64,000 nt of DNA from Candidatus Sericytochromatia bacterium (GCA_036676985.1 JAKFBU010000047.1:1-64000), one strand, 5' to 3'. Positions 18,052 to 27,205 are shown, numbered from the stretch's first letter. Notes: generated by a model from the letters alone, not told the origin. Numbers and translations are program-made.

Positions 18052-18633
18052 GTGAGTACATGGCTGTTTGACCTGATCGCGCCCGTCTACGAGCGCCTCG
18101 CGCATCCCCTCGTGGTGGGGAGCCCCGCCCACGTCCTCGAGCTCTTGCAGCTGCAGGGGACCGAGAAGATCCTGGACGTCGGAGCGGGCACAGGGGCCTT
18201 GGCTCGCCTCATCGTCGAGCGGAAGCGCTGCGAGGTGACGGTCCTGGACGCCTCCCAGCGCATGCTGGACCAGATCCCGCACCACCCTCGCATCCACAAG
18301 GTCCACGGGCCCGCCAACAGCCTTCCTTTCCATGCCGAGTCCTTTGATCTCGTCGTGTGTACGACGGCCTTTCACTGGCTCACGCCCCACCAGGCGACCC
18401 TGTCGGCCATGCGCCGGGTCCTCAAGCCGGGTGGGCGCCTGTACCTGCAGGACTTCGACAAGGCAGGCCTCATGGGGCCCTTGCTCACCCGCAGCGAAGA
18501 GCTCTTCAAGCAGGGCGCCGAGTATCTGAGCCGCCAAGAGCTCGAACCCCTGCTCAAGGAGCAGGGGTTCGAGGGACGCTTCGTCCTGTTCAACTTGTTC
18601 CAGTACGCCTATATCGGGGCGAAAGCCCTCTAG
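18052..18633 (+). CDS. Class I SAM-dependent methyltransferase (UbiE/Methyltransf_11-like)
   Basis: ILDVGAGTG, SFDLV and RVLKPGG motifs. Confidence 0.88.
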   Translation: MSTWLFDLIAPVYERLAHPLVVGSPAHVLELLQLQGTEKILDVGAGTGALARLIVERKRCEVTVLDASQRMLDQIPHHPRIHKVHGPANSLPFHAESFDLVVCTTAFHWLTPHQATLSAMRRVLKPGGRLYLQDFDKAGLMGPLLTRSEELFKQGAEYLSRQELEPLLKEQGFEGRFVLFNLFQYAYIGAKAL

Positions 18634-18710
18634 AGCGCCTGACGAAACTGTTCCTACAAGCCGCCGGTAGGCGGCCACTGGCTTCACATGCCTGGTTTTG
18701 TCAGGTGCTC

Positions 18711-19244
18711 TTAGCCGAACCGGCGCTTGTAGCCGCGGGCGTAGCCCGCGTAGCCGAGGGCCGTGGCCTCGATGCCCTTCCTCTGCTGATCGTTGACTTC
18801 CTTGATGACCTTGGCGGGCACGCCGAGCACCAGGCTGTTGGGCGGGACCACCATGTTTTCGGGCACCAGGGCGCCCGCGCCCACGATGGAGCCCTTGCCG
18901 ATGACGGCCCCGTTGAGCACCGTGGCCCGCATGCCGATGAGGCAGTCGTCCTCGACGGTCGCGCCGTGCACGATGGCGCCGTGGCCGAGGCTGACGCGAT
19001 CGCCCAGGATGCAGGGGTGCGTGGAGCCGACGTGCAGGATGCAGCCGTCCTGCACGTTGCTCTGCTTGCCGATGCGGATGGGGGCGATGTCGCCCCGCAC
19101 GACGCATCCGAACCAGATGCTCGCCTCGTCGCCGAGCGTCACGTCCCCGACCACGATGGCGTTGGGGGCGATCCAGGCCGAGGGGGCTACTTTCAGGTCG
19201 TCGCGGAGCTCGAAGTTGAGCGCCAGTTCAAGATCTTCGGTCAT
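18711..19244 (-). CDS. Gamma carbonic anhydrase family protein
   Basis: Hexapeptide repeats, NVQDGCILH and GHGAIVHG. Confidence 0.92.
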   Translation of the reverse strand: MTEDLELALNFELRDDLKVAPSAWIAPNAIVVGDVTLGDEASIWFGCVVRGDIAPIRIGKQSNVQDGCILHVGSTHPCILGDRVSLGHGAIVHGATVEDDCLIGMRATVLNGAVIGKGSIVGAGALVPENMVVPPNSLVLGVPAKVIKEVNDQQRKGIEATALGYAGYARGYKRRFG

Positions 19245-19253
19245 GCCCCGATC

Positions 19254-19964
19254 TTACAGGTCGAAGGTGTTGTTCGGCAACTGCGGATTGAGCGCGAGCG
19301 TGGGGATCGAGGCGCGGAAGACGACCTCGTTGCCCGCAAAGCCCTCGACGTTGCAAGGCATGTGGCTCTGCTTGTCCACGGCGACGACCATCTTGGTGAG
19401 GCCGGGCAGCATGTGGTCCGAGCCGGCGCCCTCCAGGAGGTCGGCCGTGCGACCGTTGAAGGTGGCCGTGCCCGCATGGCGGATGGTGGCCTTGGGGTCG
19501 AGGAGGCCGCCGACCACCGAGGTGATGCTCGTCTGGTCGATGCGGAAGCCGCGCAGCGAGAGGACCTGCGGGTCGTCATAGGCGAGCGTCTTCTTGATGA
19601 AGGCGACCTTGACGGTGATCTTCTTGTCGCCGAGGTAGACGAGCTTGGCGCCGCGCTTCATGGCCGAGTCGGCCTCCGTGACGTTGGCGCGCAGCTTCTC
19701 GGGGCGGGACCAGTAGAACTCGGCCTTGCTCTGGGAGACCTCGCTGCCCTGCTTCTCCCAGAAGGCGACCACGCCCGAGAGCGTGTTGGTGCCGGTCCAG
19801 GTCTTACGCACCTGGGCGACGACGGCTTCCGCCTGGGGATCGGCCTTGGCGCGGACCTGGCTCGCGGGGCCCCGGCCGATCATCTGGGGGGCGAGGCCGC
19901 AGCCGGCGGCCGACAGGGCGAATCCGAGGGCCAGAAGCGTGATGATATGGCGATGGGCGCGCAT
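19254..19964 (-). CDS. Lipoprotein with LolA-like fold
   Basis: Lipobox AAGC; FYWSRPEKLR beta-rich pattern; C-terminal LNPQLPNNTF. Confidence 0.65.
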   Translation of the reverse strand: MRAHRHIITLLALGFALSAAGCGLAPQMIGRGPASQVRAKADPQAEAVVAQVRKTWTGTNTLSGVVAFWEKQGSEVSQSKAEFYWSRPEKLRANVTEADSAMKRGAKLVYLGDKKITVKVAFIKKTLAYDDPQVLSLRGFRIDQTSITSVVGGLLDPKATIRHAGTATFNGRTADLLEGAGSDHMLPGLTKMVVAVDKQSHMPCNVEGFAGNEVVFRASIPTLALNPQLPNNTFDL

Positions 19965-20000
19965 GGAGCCTCCTTCGGAGCAGTGACCAACAGACGCCTG

Positions 20001-20029
20001 ATTTTAATACGTTCTTAAACTGATGTAAA
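20001..20029 (-). promoter_or_regulatory. sigma70-like promoter
   Basis: TTTACA-N17-TAAAAT upstream of the lipoprotein gene. Confidence 0.55.
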
Positions 20030-20135
20030 CCTCCTGGGGAGATCCTCCAACGAACTCCTCCGGCCGGAGCACGACGAAATGCCCAAGGCGCGGGTATAAT
20101 ACCGCAACCGATCGGTTGGGAAGGGGGGCTGCGCC

Positions 20136-21071
20136 TTGGGAACACGTCCAGAATTCGTCCGGCAGGCCATGCCCAAGACCCCGTTGCCCAGCCTCGCGTG
20201 GGAGGAGCTGGCGCCCCGTGGCGTTCACTCCATCTACGACCCGTTCATGGGGACGGGTAACAGCCTCTATGCCTTCAAGCGCTACGGCGTGAAGGTGATC
20301 GGCAGCGACCTGCTCGAGAGCACCTGGTGCTCGGCACGGGCCCTCAACGAGAACAACACCGTTCGGCTGAGCGACGAGGCGATCGCGAGCTTCGGCGCGG
20401 CCGAGGTCCCCAACCTGTCGACCTTCACCCGCTTCGCGAGCTGGGTCGAGCGCGGCTTCTTCACCGAGAGCCAGGCCGCGTGGCTCGGCTACTGGCGCGA
20501 GCGCTTCGAGGCCCTGGAGGGCTACTCTCGGGGCCTCGCGGTGGTCGCCATGGGCTGGATGATCGACAACTGGCTCAAGCCGCTGGAGCAGCCGGGCGCT
20601 ACATGCGCTGGTCCGACGGCCCTCACCCTCTTCCTCAAGCGCGCCAATCAGTGGGTCTGGGACAACGGCCAGGTCAACGAAATGCTGCGCGGCAACCCGG
20701 TGGACCTCGCCGAGAGCGTGCAGGCCGACGCCTGCTACCTCTACCTCGAGCCGCCCATGGTCTCGGTCGATCTTCGCACCTGGCTGACGGAGGCATGGGT
20801 TCAGGGGCGTCCCGAGGCGGATCTCGCCGACTTCTACCAGGACAATCCCTTCTTCGCGCCCCTGGAGGACTACCGGGTGCGCGTGACGAACCTGTTCGAG
20901 CGCCTGGAGCACATCCGGGTCTGGGCCATCCAGTACCGCACCGAGGAGCTGGACCTCCTGTGGGGCGATCATCCGAGCTGGCTCTCGGGCCGCGACCTGG
21001 TGGCCCAGCAGCACCTCGGCATGGGACCGGACGCTTCGGGCGAGATGCTGTGCGTCGCCCTGCGGCCCTAG
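20136..21071 (+). CDS. DNA adenine methyltransferase-like protein (D12/Dam class) with atypical motif IV
   Basis: Motif I YDPFMGTG, motif II VIGSDL; motif IV reads LYLEPPM instead of YLDPPY. Confidence 0.6.
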   Translation: MGTRPEFVRQAMPKTPLPSLAWEELAPRGVHSIYDPFMGTGNSLYAFKRYGVKVIGSDLLESTWCSARALNENNTVRLSDEAIASFGAAEVPNLSTFTRFASWVERGFFTESQAAWLGYWRERFEALEGYSRGLAVVAMGWMIDNWLKPLEQPGATCAGPTALTLFLKRANQWVWDNGQVNEMLRGNPVDLAESVQADACYLYLEPPMVSVDLRTWLTEAWVQGRPEADLADFYQDNPFFAPLEDYRVRVTNLFERLEHIRVWAIQYRTEELDLLWGDHPSWLSGRDLVAQQHLGMGPDASGEMLCVALRP

Positions 21072-21144
21072 CTTAACTTCAGGCCATGGCTCGGTAAAGG
21101 GCCTCTTAATCCATTAATTGTCCGTTAAAAATCGAAAGCTCGTG

Positions 21145-21170
21145 TTAAGGGGCTGCCATAACTCCGATAA
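21145..21170 (+). promoter_or_regulatory. Possible sigma28 (FliA)-like promoter
   Basis: TTAA...TCCGATAA resembles TAAA-N15-GCCGATAA, but spacing is 1-2 nt short. Confidence 0.35.
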
Positions 21171-21225
21171 CAAGCTGTCGAGCAGGGCATAATACCGACA
21201 GCAGCGTACGGATCGGAGGTCCACC

Positions 21226-23049
21226 ATGGCTGACAACATCAACCTTTCGGGCAACCGCGCGAGCACGGGCCGTCTCGGCTCCCTCTCGCAGACGGGTCGG
21301 CTCGACCCCGCCGCCCTCAATCAGGCGGCGCCTCCGGCCGAGGGCATCGTCAAGAAGGCCAAGACCGACACGTTGCGCCTCAGCGACGCCGCCGGGGCCG
21401 CGAGCCCCGTGGACGCCGCGGGCGTCCGCGACCTGGCCGAGAAGGTCGGGGCGGTGCAGAACGAGCAGAAGCAGGTCGCCGAGCTGCAGGCGCGCATCAC
21501 CTCGCTGGTGCCGGGCGGCGTCAAGTTCGAGACCACCGACGGCGCCAGCTGGTCGTCGACCGAGCTCAAGAATCTCCAGGAGGTCGTCGAGGGCATGTCC
21601 CCGAGCGATCGCCAGGCCCTCTCGGGCATGAACTTCGTCCGCGCCGGCAAGGTGGACCTCGCCGAGGGGGCGGACGCCTCTGCCAACAAGCATCTGGGCG
21701 AGGGCTTCGCTGACGAGGGAGCCGCCGCCGTCGCCAAGACCCAGGGCGAGAGCAAGGGCATCATGGGCCGCCTGGGCGAGTTCGCCCGCCACTCGGCCGA
21801 GGTGCTAGAGGGCATCCCCGTCCTGCGCTACATCGGTCGGGCCCTCAAGAGCCTCTTCGGCCAGCAGGCCCCCGAGCGCGCCATCGTGTTCGGCAACTCG
21901 GGCTCGCTCATCTCCAAGCAGATCTGGGCCCATGAGATCGGCCACCAGGTCCAGATGGTCAACCGCGGCTGGAACCCCGAGAAGATCGCGGAGTTCGCCA
22001 AGCTCTCCGGCTGGACCGAGACCTACGGCGGCAAGCAGTACGGCGCGGACGGCGTGGACAACCGCACCGGCGGGCGCCTGCTCTTCGACGAGCAGGTCCT
22101 CAAGTCCGCCCGGACGGACAACTTCGTCTCCAAGTACGCCATGACTAACCCCACCGAGGACTTCGCGGAGAGCTACCAGGCCTTCCTGAGCGACCCCAAG
22201 AAGCTCATGGAGCTTGCTCCCGAGAAGTTCCTGTTCATCAACGCCCAGTCGCAGAAGTACAGCGCGAGCGAGGTCAAGGGCTACGCCCAGCAGGTTGGCC
22301 AGGATCTCGACGCGGTGGCCACCGAGCTGACGCTCAAGAGCGGCCTCAAGCAGGAGACGTTGAACGCCGTCCTGATGGTCAACGGTGTGTCGCCCGACAA
22401 GGGTGCGCTCATCTCCGAGGCGGCCTCCAACCTGTCGTCGGGCGATGCCCTCAGCCAGGCGTGGGCCAAGATCGCGACCGACGCCAAGGATCCCCAGGCC
22501 GCCGCGCGCCTCGTCTCGGATCCGGCGGGAGCCCTGGGCGAGGTCTGGGGCAAGCTGAGCCGCGAGGAGCAGGCGCTCGTATCGGATCCGAAGTTCCTCC
22601 AGGCCCGGGTCGACGAGTTGCAGGCGGGCTTCGCGAGCTACCGCTCGTCGGCGGACGCCGCCCAGACCGAGCTCTATCGCAAGGGGATCTCGAGCCTGAT
22701 GGACCGCCTGATGAACGATCCGGCCAGCCGCCAGTCGGCCGCCCAGGCGCTGCAGGGTCTCACCCTGCCCGCCGAGGTGGTGGAGGCCTTCACGAGCAAC
22801 CCCGGAGCCTTCGCCAAGCTCGGCGCCGAGCTCGGCGCCCTCCTGGACAATGCCTCGGCCGAGGAAAAGCAGCGCTACGGGCAGAACCTCAAGAAGGCCC
22901 TGCCGCAGCTGGGTCCCGAGCACTTCTCGGCCCTGGCCATGGCGCTCAACAACAAGCAGGATGAGGCCTTGGCCGCCAAGATGATTCGTCAGGGCTTCGA
23001 GACCGGGTCGGTGGTCTACCAGGGCGGTGGCGATCCCCCGGGCATCTAA
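21226..23049 (+). CDS. Putative zinc metallopeptidase-domain protein with helical C-terminal repeats
   Basis: WAHEIGHQ (HEXXH) plus FVSKYAMTNPTEDFAES third-ligand motif; GGAGG SD. Confidence 0.7.
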   Translation: MADNINLSGNRASTGRLGSLSQTGRLDPAALNQAAPPAEGIVKKAKTDTLRLSDAAGAASPVDAAGVRDLAEKVGAVQNEQKQVAELQARITSLVPGGVKFETTDGASWSSTELKNLQEVVEGMSPSDRQALSGMNFVRAGKVDLAEGADASANKHLGEGFADEGAAAVAKTQGESKGIMGRLGEFARHSAEVLEGIPVLRYIGRALKSLFGQQAPERAIVFGNSGSLISKQIWAHEIGHQVQMVNRGWNPEKIAEFAKLSGWTETYGGKQYGADGVDNRTGGRLLFDEQVLKSARTDNFVSKYAMTNPTEDFAESYQAFLSDPKKLMELAPEKFLFINAQSQKYSASEVKGYAQQVGQDLDAVATELTLKSGLKQETLNAVLMVNGVSPDKGALISEAASNLSSGDALSQAWAKIATDAKDPQAAARLVSDPAGALGEVWGKLSREEQALVSDPKFLQARVDELQAGFASYRSSADAAQTELYRKGISSLMDRLMNDPASRQSAAQALQGLTLPAEVVEAFTSNPGAFAKLGAELGALLDNASAEEKQRYGQNLKKALPQLGPEHFSALAMALNNKQDEALAAKMIRQGFETGSVVYQGGGDPPGI

Positions 23050-23058
23050 GGAGCAACG

Positions 23059-24018
23059 GTGGCCACGACCCGCGACGTCTTCGACCTCCTACACCAGTAC
23101 CTGGGAGCCCAGATCGGTGCCGGCACGCTGCACGAGCTGCAGCGTGCCGTCCTTGCGAAAAGCCGTGCGGCCTTCGACCGCGACGGACACTGGCCCATCG
23201 TGGACTTTCCCCTCGCGATCCATCGGCAGCTGAACGGCGACCCACGGTCGGGGACGGCGATCGCCGCCGCATGCCTGCTCTTCTACTCGTTCGCCGACGT
23301 CATCGACGACGCCCAGGACCACGACCTCACGCCGGATCCCTGGGAACGCTGGGGCTGGGAGCAGGCCGTCAACACGGGGACGTCCCTCCTTTTCCTCTGC
23401 CTGCAGTCCTTGCACGACCTCTTGCCCCCGGACAAGGTGGGCCCCGTCTCCGAGATCTTCGTGCGGGCGGGTTTCGCCATGACGGCGGGGCAGCACGTGG
23501 ACCTCATCGGGCAGGGGGGCGAGATCCCGGGCGTCTCGGAGTACCTCCAGATGATCGAGGGCAAGAGCGGGGCCTCGTTCGGGGCCTACGCGGCGGCCAC
23601 CGCCGCCCTGAACGGCCTGCCCTCGGCGCGCGTCAAGGACTTCGCGGAGATGGGGCGCGCGCTCGGCGGGCTCTTCCAGATGCTCAACGACACCTACGAG
23701 CTCTGGGACTCCCGCTACAGCCCGGACTACGCCAACGGCCGCCTGTCGTTGCCCATCGTGCTCGCCCACGAGCAGTTGCAGGGCGTCCTGCGCGAGGCGT
23801 TCCTCGCCCTTTTGAGCGAGCCGCCCTCACTCGAGCTGCAGTACGACTTGGTCATGCTCATGGAGCGGGGCGGGATCAAGGAGTATGCAACGCTGCGAAT
23901 CGAGGTATACAGGAAGCGGGCCCAGGCCCTCGCTCAGCAGCTCGGTGTTGCGGGCGATCCCTATTTGAAGCGGTTGTTGGAGATCCCGGCGTTCCCAGAG
24001 ACCCCGATCGCCATCTAG
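23059..24018 (+). CDS. ComQ-like isoprenyl transferase (polyprenyl synthetase fold)
   Basis: FARM DVIDDAQDHD without the following RR, GQHVDL, KSG, degenerate second motif QMLNDTYE. Confidence 0.75.
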   Translation: MATTRDVFDLLHQYLGAQIGAGTLHELQRAVLAKSRAAFDRDGHWPIVDFPLAIHRQLNGDPRSGTAIAAACLLFYSFADVIDDAQDHDLTPDPWERWGWEQAVNTGTSLLFLCLQSLHDLLPPDKVGPVSEIFVRAGFAMTAGQHVDLIGQGGEIPGVSEYLQMIEGKSGASFGAYAAATAALNGLPSARVKDFAEMGRALGGLFQMLNDTYELWDSRYSPDYANGRLSLPIVLAHEQLQGVLREAFLALLSEPPSLELQYDLVMLMERGGIKEYATLRIEVYRKRAQALAQQLGVAGDPYLKRLLEIPAFPETPIAI

Positions 24019-24041
24019 CCCGACAGGAGAGAATCACGGCG

Positions 24042-26576
24042 ATGCCCAAGTCCAACCGGCCCCTCACCTGGGCCTTCAATGCCCTCATCGTGGCGTGCCT
24101 CGCGGTCTGGATCGTGGCGGTCGCAGGCTCCTTCAAGCTCCTAAACCAGCCGTTCCCGGGCTTCCGGGTCGAGACCACGCTCACCATCTCGGCCCTGGGC
24201 GATCCGACGTGGACCGGGGCAACCGCCAAGGTCCAGCAGTTCGATCGCTTGCTCGAGGTGGACGGACAGGAGCTCCGGGTGGCCGACGACCTGACGCGTC
24301 ACGTGCGCTCGGTGCCGGTGGGCACTCCGCTCGCCTACGAGGCGGTGCGCGCCGGCAAGCCCGTGTCCTTCACGGTCCCGACCCAGACCTTCACGCTCGG
24401 CGACTGGGTGCGCAGCTTCCTGCCCCTCTTCCTGGTGGCCTTGCTGCACCTGCTGGTGGGGGCGATCGCCTTCTGGATGAAGCCCGGCAGCGTCTCGTCG
24501 CGGGTCCACCTGCTCATGAACGCGGCGACGGGCCTCTTGTGCGCGCTCATCAACGACTACGACGCGGGCCACCAACTCTCGCGCCTTTACCTCGCCTCCA
24601 TGCCCCTGATGGGTAGCGCCTACCTGCACCTGGGCCTGGTCTTCCCGGACTCGCCGCACTGGCTCAAGAAGCGCCCCTGGCTGCATGGCCTTCCCTACCT
24701 GCCGGTCTTGCTCCTGGTGCCCGTGTGGGAGGCCGTCTACCGCCCGGTCGGGTTCGCGGCCAACCGCGAGAGTTTCGACCTGCACATGAGCTTCCAGGAT
24801 CTGGGGGTGCTCTGGATCATGGTGGGCCTGTTGGCCCTCATCCTGAGCATCGTGGTGCGCGCCGTGCGCACCAAGGCGGCCCTGGCCAAGCAGCAGATCA
24901 AGGTGGCGCTCTTCGGGGCGGCCTTGGCCTACCTGCCCGGCGCCATCCTCTGGATCGTGCCGTACCTGGCCAACGTTAACTCGCTGGACAGCTCCGGCAT
25001 CCTGGTCAACCTCTCCTTCGCGTGCTTCGTCTTCTTCCCGCTGTCGATCGCCTATGCCATCGTCCGGCACAAGATGTTCGACATCGACCTGGTCATCAAG
25101 CGCACGGTCGTCTACGCGACGGTGGTCGCCGCCCTGACGGGCGTCTACTTCCTCACCATCGCGGGCGTGACCTGGACCGTCGAGCGGCTGTTCGGCACCT
25201 CCGGCAGCACGGCCGGCAACATGCTCGCCACGGCCATCGTCGCCCTCGCCTTCGTGCCCGTCCGCAACCGCACCCAGTTCGTCATCGACCGGCTCTTCTA
25301 CCGAAACCGCTACGACTTCCGGAGCGTACTCAGCGGCTACACCCGCTACACCAAGGAGAACCCGGAGCTCGAGGCGGTGGTGGACCAGTACGTGCAGGTC
25401 GTCACCGAGACCATGCACCCGCGCCACATGTCGATCATGGTGCGCGATCCCAAGACCATGGCCCTGCACGTCTACAAGACGTCTGGCCTCTCGGTCTTCC
25501 CCGAGGAATTCGCCATCCCCTCCGACAGCCCGGAAGTGGCCGAGCTCTTCCAGTCCCGCAAGACGGGCATGCGCCCCTCCAAGGCCACCACGCGCCAGCT
25601 CTCGCACATGGACGCGTTGGGCATCGCCTTCTGCGTGCCGCTCGAGATCAAGGGCGAGATCCTGGGGATGATCAACATCGGGCAAAAGCTCTCGGAGCTC
25701 GACTACACGGCCGAGGACCAGCAGCTGCTCATCAACATGGGCCAGCAGCTCGCGAGCGTCATCCGCATCAACGAGATGACCAAGGCCGAGGTCAACCGGG
25801 CCCGGCTCGACGCCGAGCTCGAGACCGCCCGCCACATCCAGGCCTCCTTGTTGCCGACCGCGGCCCCGGCGCCTCTGGGCCTCGAGGTGATGGGCTCCTC
25901 GGAGTCCGCCTACGAGTTCGGCGGCGACTACTACGACCTGGTCACCCTGCACGACGGGCAGCTGCGCGTGGTGGTGGGCGACGTGGCGGGCAAGGGCGTG
26001 CAGGCGGCCATGGTCATGGCCATGGCCAAGAGCTGCTTCTTCAACCAGGTGCGCACCAACCCGGACCTGCCCACGGTCATGCATGCCATCAACACCATGA
26101 TCGTCGAGACCATCGACGACAAGAAGCACCGCAAGACGTCCCTCATCTACGCGGCCATCGACCCCGACCAGAAGACCCTGCGCTACACCTGCGCCGGCCA
26201 CCAGCCGCCGCACTACTACAGCGCGGCGACCGGCCGGGTCGAGGAGCTGCCCATCCCGGGTTCCTTCCCCTTCGGCGCCTCCAAGCTCGCCAAGTACCAG
26301 GAGGTGACGGTCCCGCTGCAGACGGGTGATGTGCTCGTCTTCTACACCGACGGCATCACGGAGGCCGAGAACCCGGATCACGAGATGTTCTACCGCATCG
26401 ACGAGGGCCCGGACGGCGCCGAGATCGTGCACGACCAGCTCCGGACCGTGCTCGAAGCGAGCCACGCCGAGAGCGCCCATGACATCCATCGGCGCATCCT
26501 GCGCGCCGTCAGCGCGTGGGTGGACGGAGGTCCGCAGGCGGACGACATCACGCTGGTGGTCGTGAAAGTCCTTTAG
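24042..26576 (+). CDS. Membrane sensor phosphatase: TM-PDZ-multi-TM-GAF-SpoIIE (PP2C)
   Basis: FDRLLEVDG (PDZ), about 8 hydrophobic helices, GAF-like segment, GGDYYD, GDVAGKG, FYTDGITEA, DDITLVV. Confidence 0.88.
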   Translation: MPKSNRPLTWAFNALIVACLAVWIVAVAGSFKLLNQPFPGFRVETTLTISALGDPTWTGATAKVQQFDRLLEVDGQELRVADDLTRHVRSVPVGTPLAYEAVRAGKPVSFTVPTQTFTLGDWVRSFLPLFLVALLHLLVGAIAFWMKPGSVSSRVHLLMNAATGLLCALINDYDAGHQLSRLYLASMPLMGSAYLHLGLVFPDSPHWLKKRPWLHGLPYLPVLLLVPVWEAVYRPVGFAANRESFDLHMSFQDLGVLWIMVGLLALILSIVVRAVRTKAALAKQQIKVALFGAALAYLPGAILWIVPYLANVNSLDSSGILVNLSFACFVFFPLSIAYAIVRHKMFDIDLVIKRTVVYATVVAALTGVYFLTIAGVTWTVERLFGTSGSTAGNMLATAIVALAFVPVRNRTQFVIDRLFYRNRYDFRSVLSGYTRYTKENPELEAVVDQYVQVVTETMHPRHMSIMVRDPKTMALHVYKTSGLSVFPEEFAIPSDSPEVAELFQSRKTGMRPSKATTRQLSHMDALGIAFCVPLEIKGEILGMINIGQKLSELDYTAEDQQLLINMGQQLASVIRINEMTKAEVNRARLDAELETARHIQASLLPTAAPAPLGLEVMGSSESAYEFGGDYYDLVTLHDGQLRVVVGDVAGKGVQAAMVMAMAKSCFFNQVRTNPDLPTVMHAINTMIVETIDDKKHRKTSLIYAAIDPDQKTLRYTCAGHQPPHYYSAATGRVEELPIPGSFPFGASKLAKYQEVTVPLQTGDVLVFYTDGITEAENPDHEMFYRIDEGPDGAEIVHDQLRTVLEASHAESAHDIHRRILRAVSAWVDGGPQADDITLVVVKVL

Positions 26577-26588
26577 CCCCGAGACAAG

Positions 26589-26620
26589 GCGAGCCCCCGA
26601 CCGAAAGGTCGGGGGCTCGC
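26589..26620. terminator. Perfect 14-bp hairpin with GAAA loop between convergent genes
   Basis: gcgagcccccgacc-gaaa-ggtcgggggctcgc. Confidence 0.8.
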
Positions 26621-26633
26621 AGCTCGACGGTCG

Positions 26634-26936
26634 TCACTTGTTGGTCCGACGCTTGCCTTCCTCGATCAACTCCTTGACCTTTTGTCCGCCCTTGTGTCCA
26701 ATTTCGGAGTAGAACTCGGGACCATATTTTTCCTTGGTCACATTCCCTCCGATCTCGCCACCCTTGTGGCCGATCTCGGAGTAGAACTCGGGACCGTACT
26801 TCTCTTTGACCGTCTCGCCACCCTTGTGGCCGATTTCGGAGTAGAACTCGGCACCGTATTCATCCCTGACCTTCTCACCGCCGAGATGTCCCGCTTCCCG
26901 GACGGTCATGTCGCCTTTAACTTTACGTTCAGGCAT
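26634..26936 (-). CDS. KGG-repeat general stress protein (Em/GsiB/YciG-like)
   Basis: MTVREAGHLGG followed by three YG(A/P)EFYSEIGHKGG repeats. Confidence 0.88.
   Translation of the reverse strand: MPERKVKGDMTVREAGHLGGEKVRDEYGAEFYSEIGHKGGETVKEKYGPEFYSEIGHKGGEIGGNVTKEKYGPEFYSEIGHKGGQKVKELIEEGKRRTNK
26690..26860 (-). repeat. Coding tandem repeat (3 copies, 60-72 nt period) in the KGG protein
   Basis: cccttgtg..c.at.tcggagtagaactcgg at 26690, 26761 and 26821. Confidence 0.8.
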
Positions 26937-27205
26937 TTCGGTCCTCCCTTCGGCTATCGGAGCTTGAGTGTAAAGTTTTGTAACCTCAGGATACGCTCCC
27001 GCCGGGAGGTGTCAAGTCACGGTCGGAAGCGCACCTCCCAGATCCCAGCCCATGAAGCTGCTGCCACCTGAGGCGGCTTGACGATCTCCTGGACCGTCAG
27101 CCGCACCGGCTTCCGAGTGTCACGGCGCTTCGACGGACCGCAACGAGCCCGAACCCCCCGTTTCCCTTTCCCATCCGCTACTCGAAAGCAATTGAGGGGA
27201 GGATG

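Noticed and set aside
23271-24041. N-terminal extension making the sensor 1101 aa
   Set aside because: It overlaps the ComQ-like gene out of frame; ATG 24042 has its own AGGAG SD.
24019-24041. Expected position of a comX pheromone gene
   Set aside because: Only 23 nt; no room for a peptide ORF.
26690-26860. Three near-identical ~30-nt repeats resembling a mini CRISPR array
   Set aside because: They are in-frame coding repeats of the KGG protein with synonymous variation, the spacers are similar to each other, and there are no cas genes.
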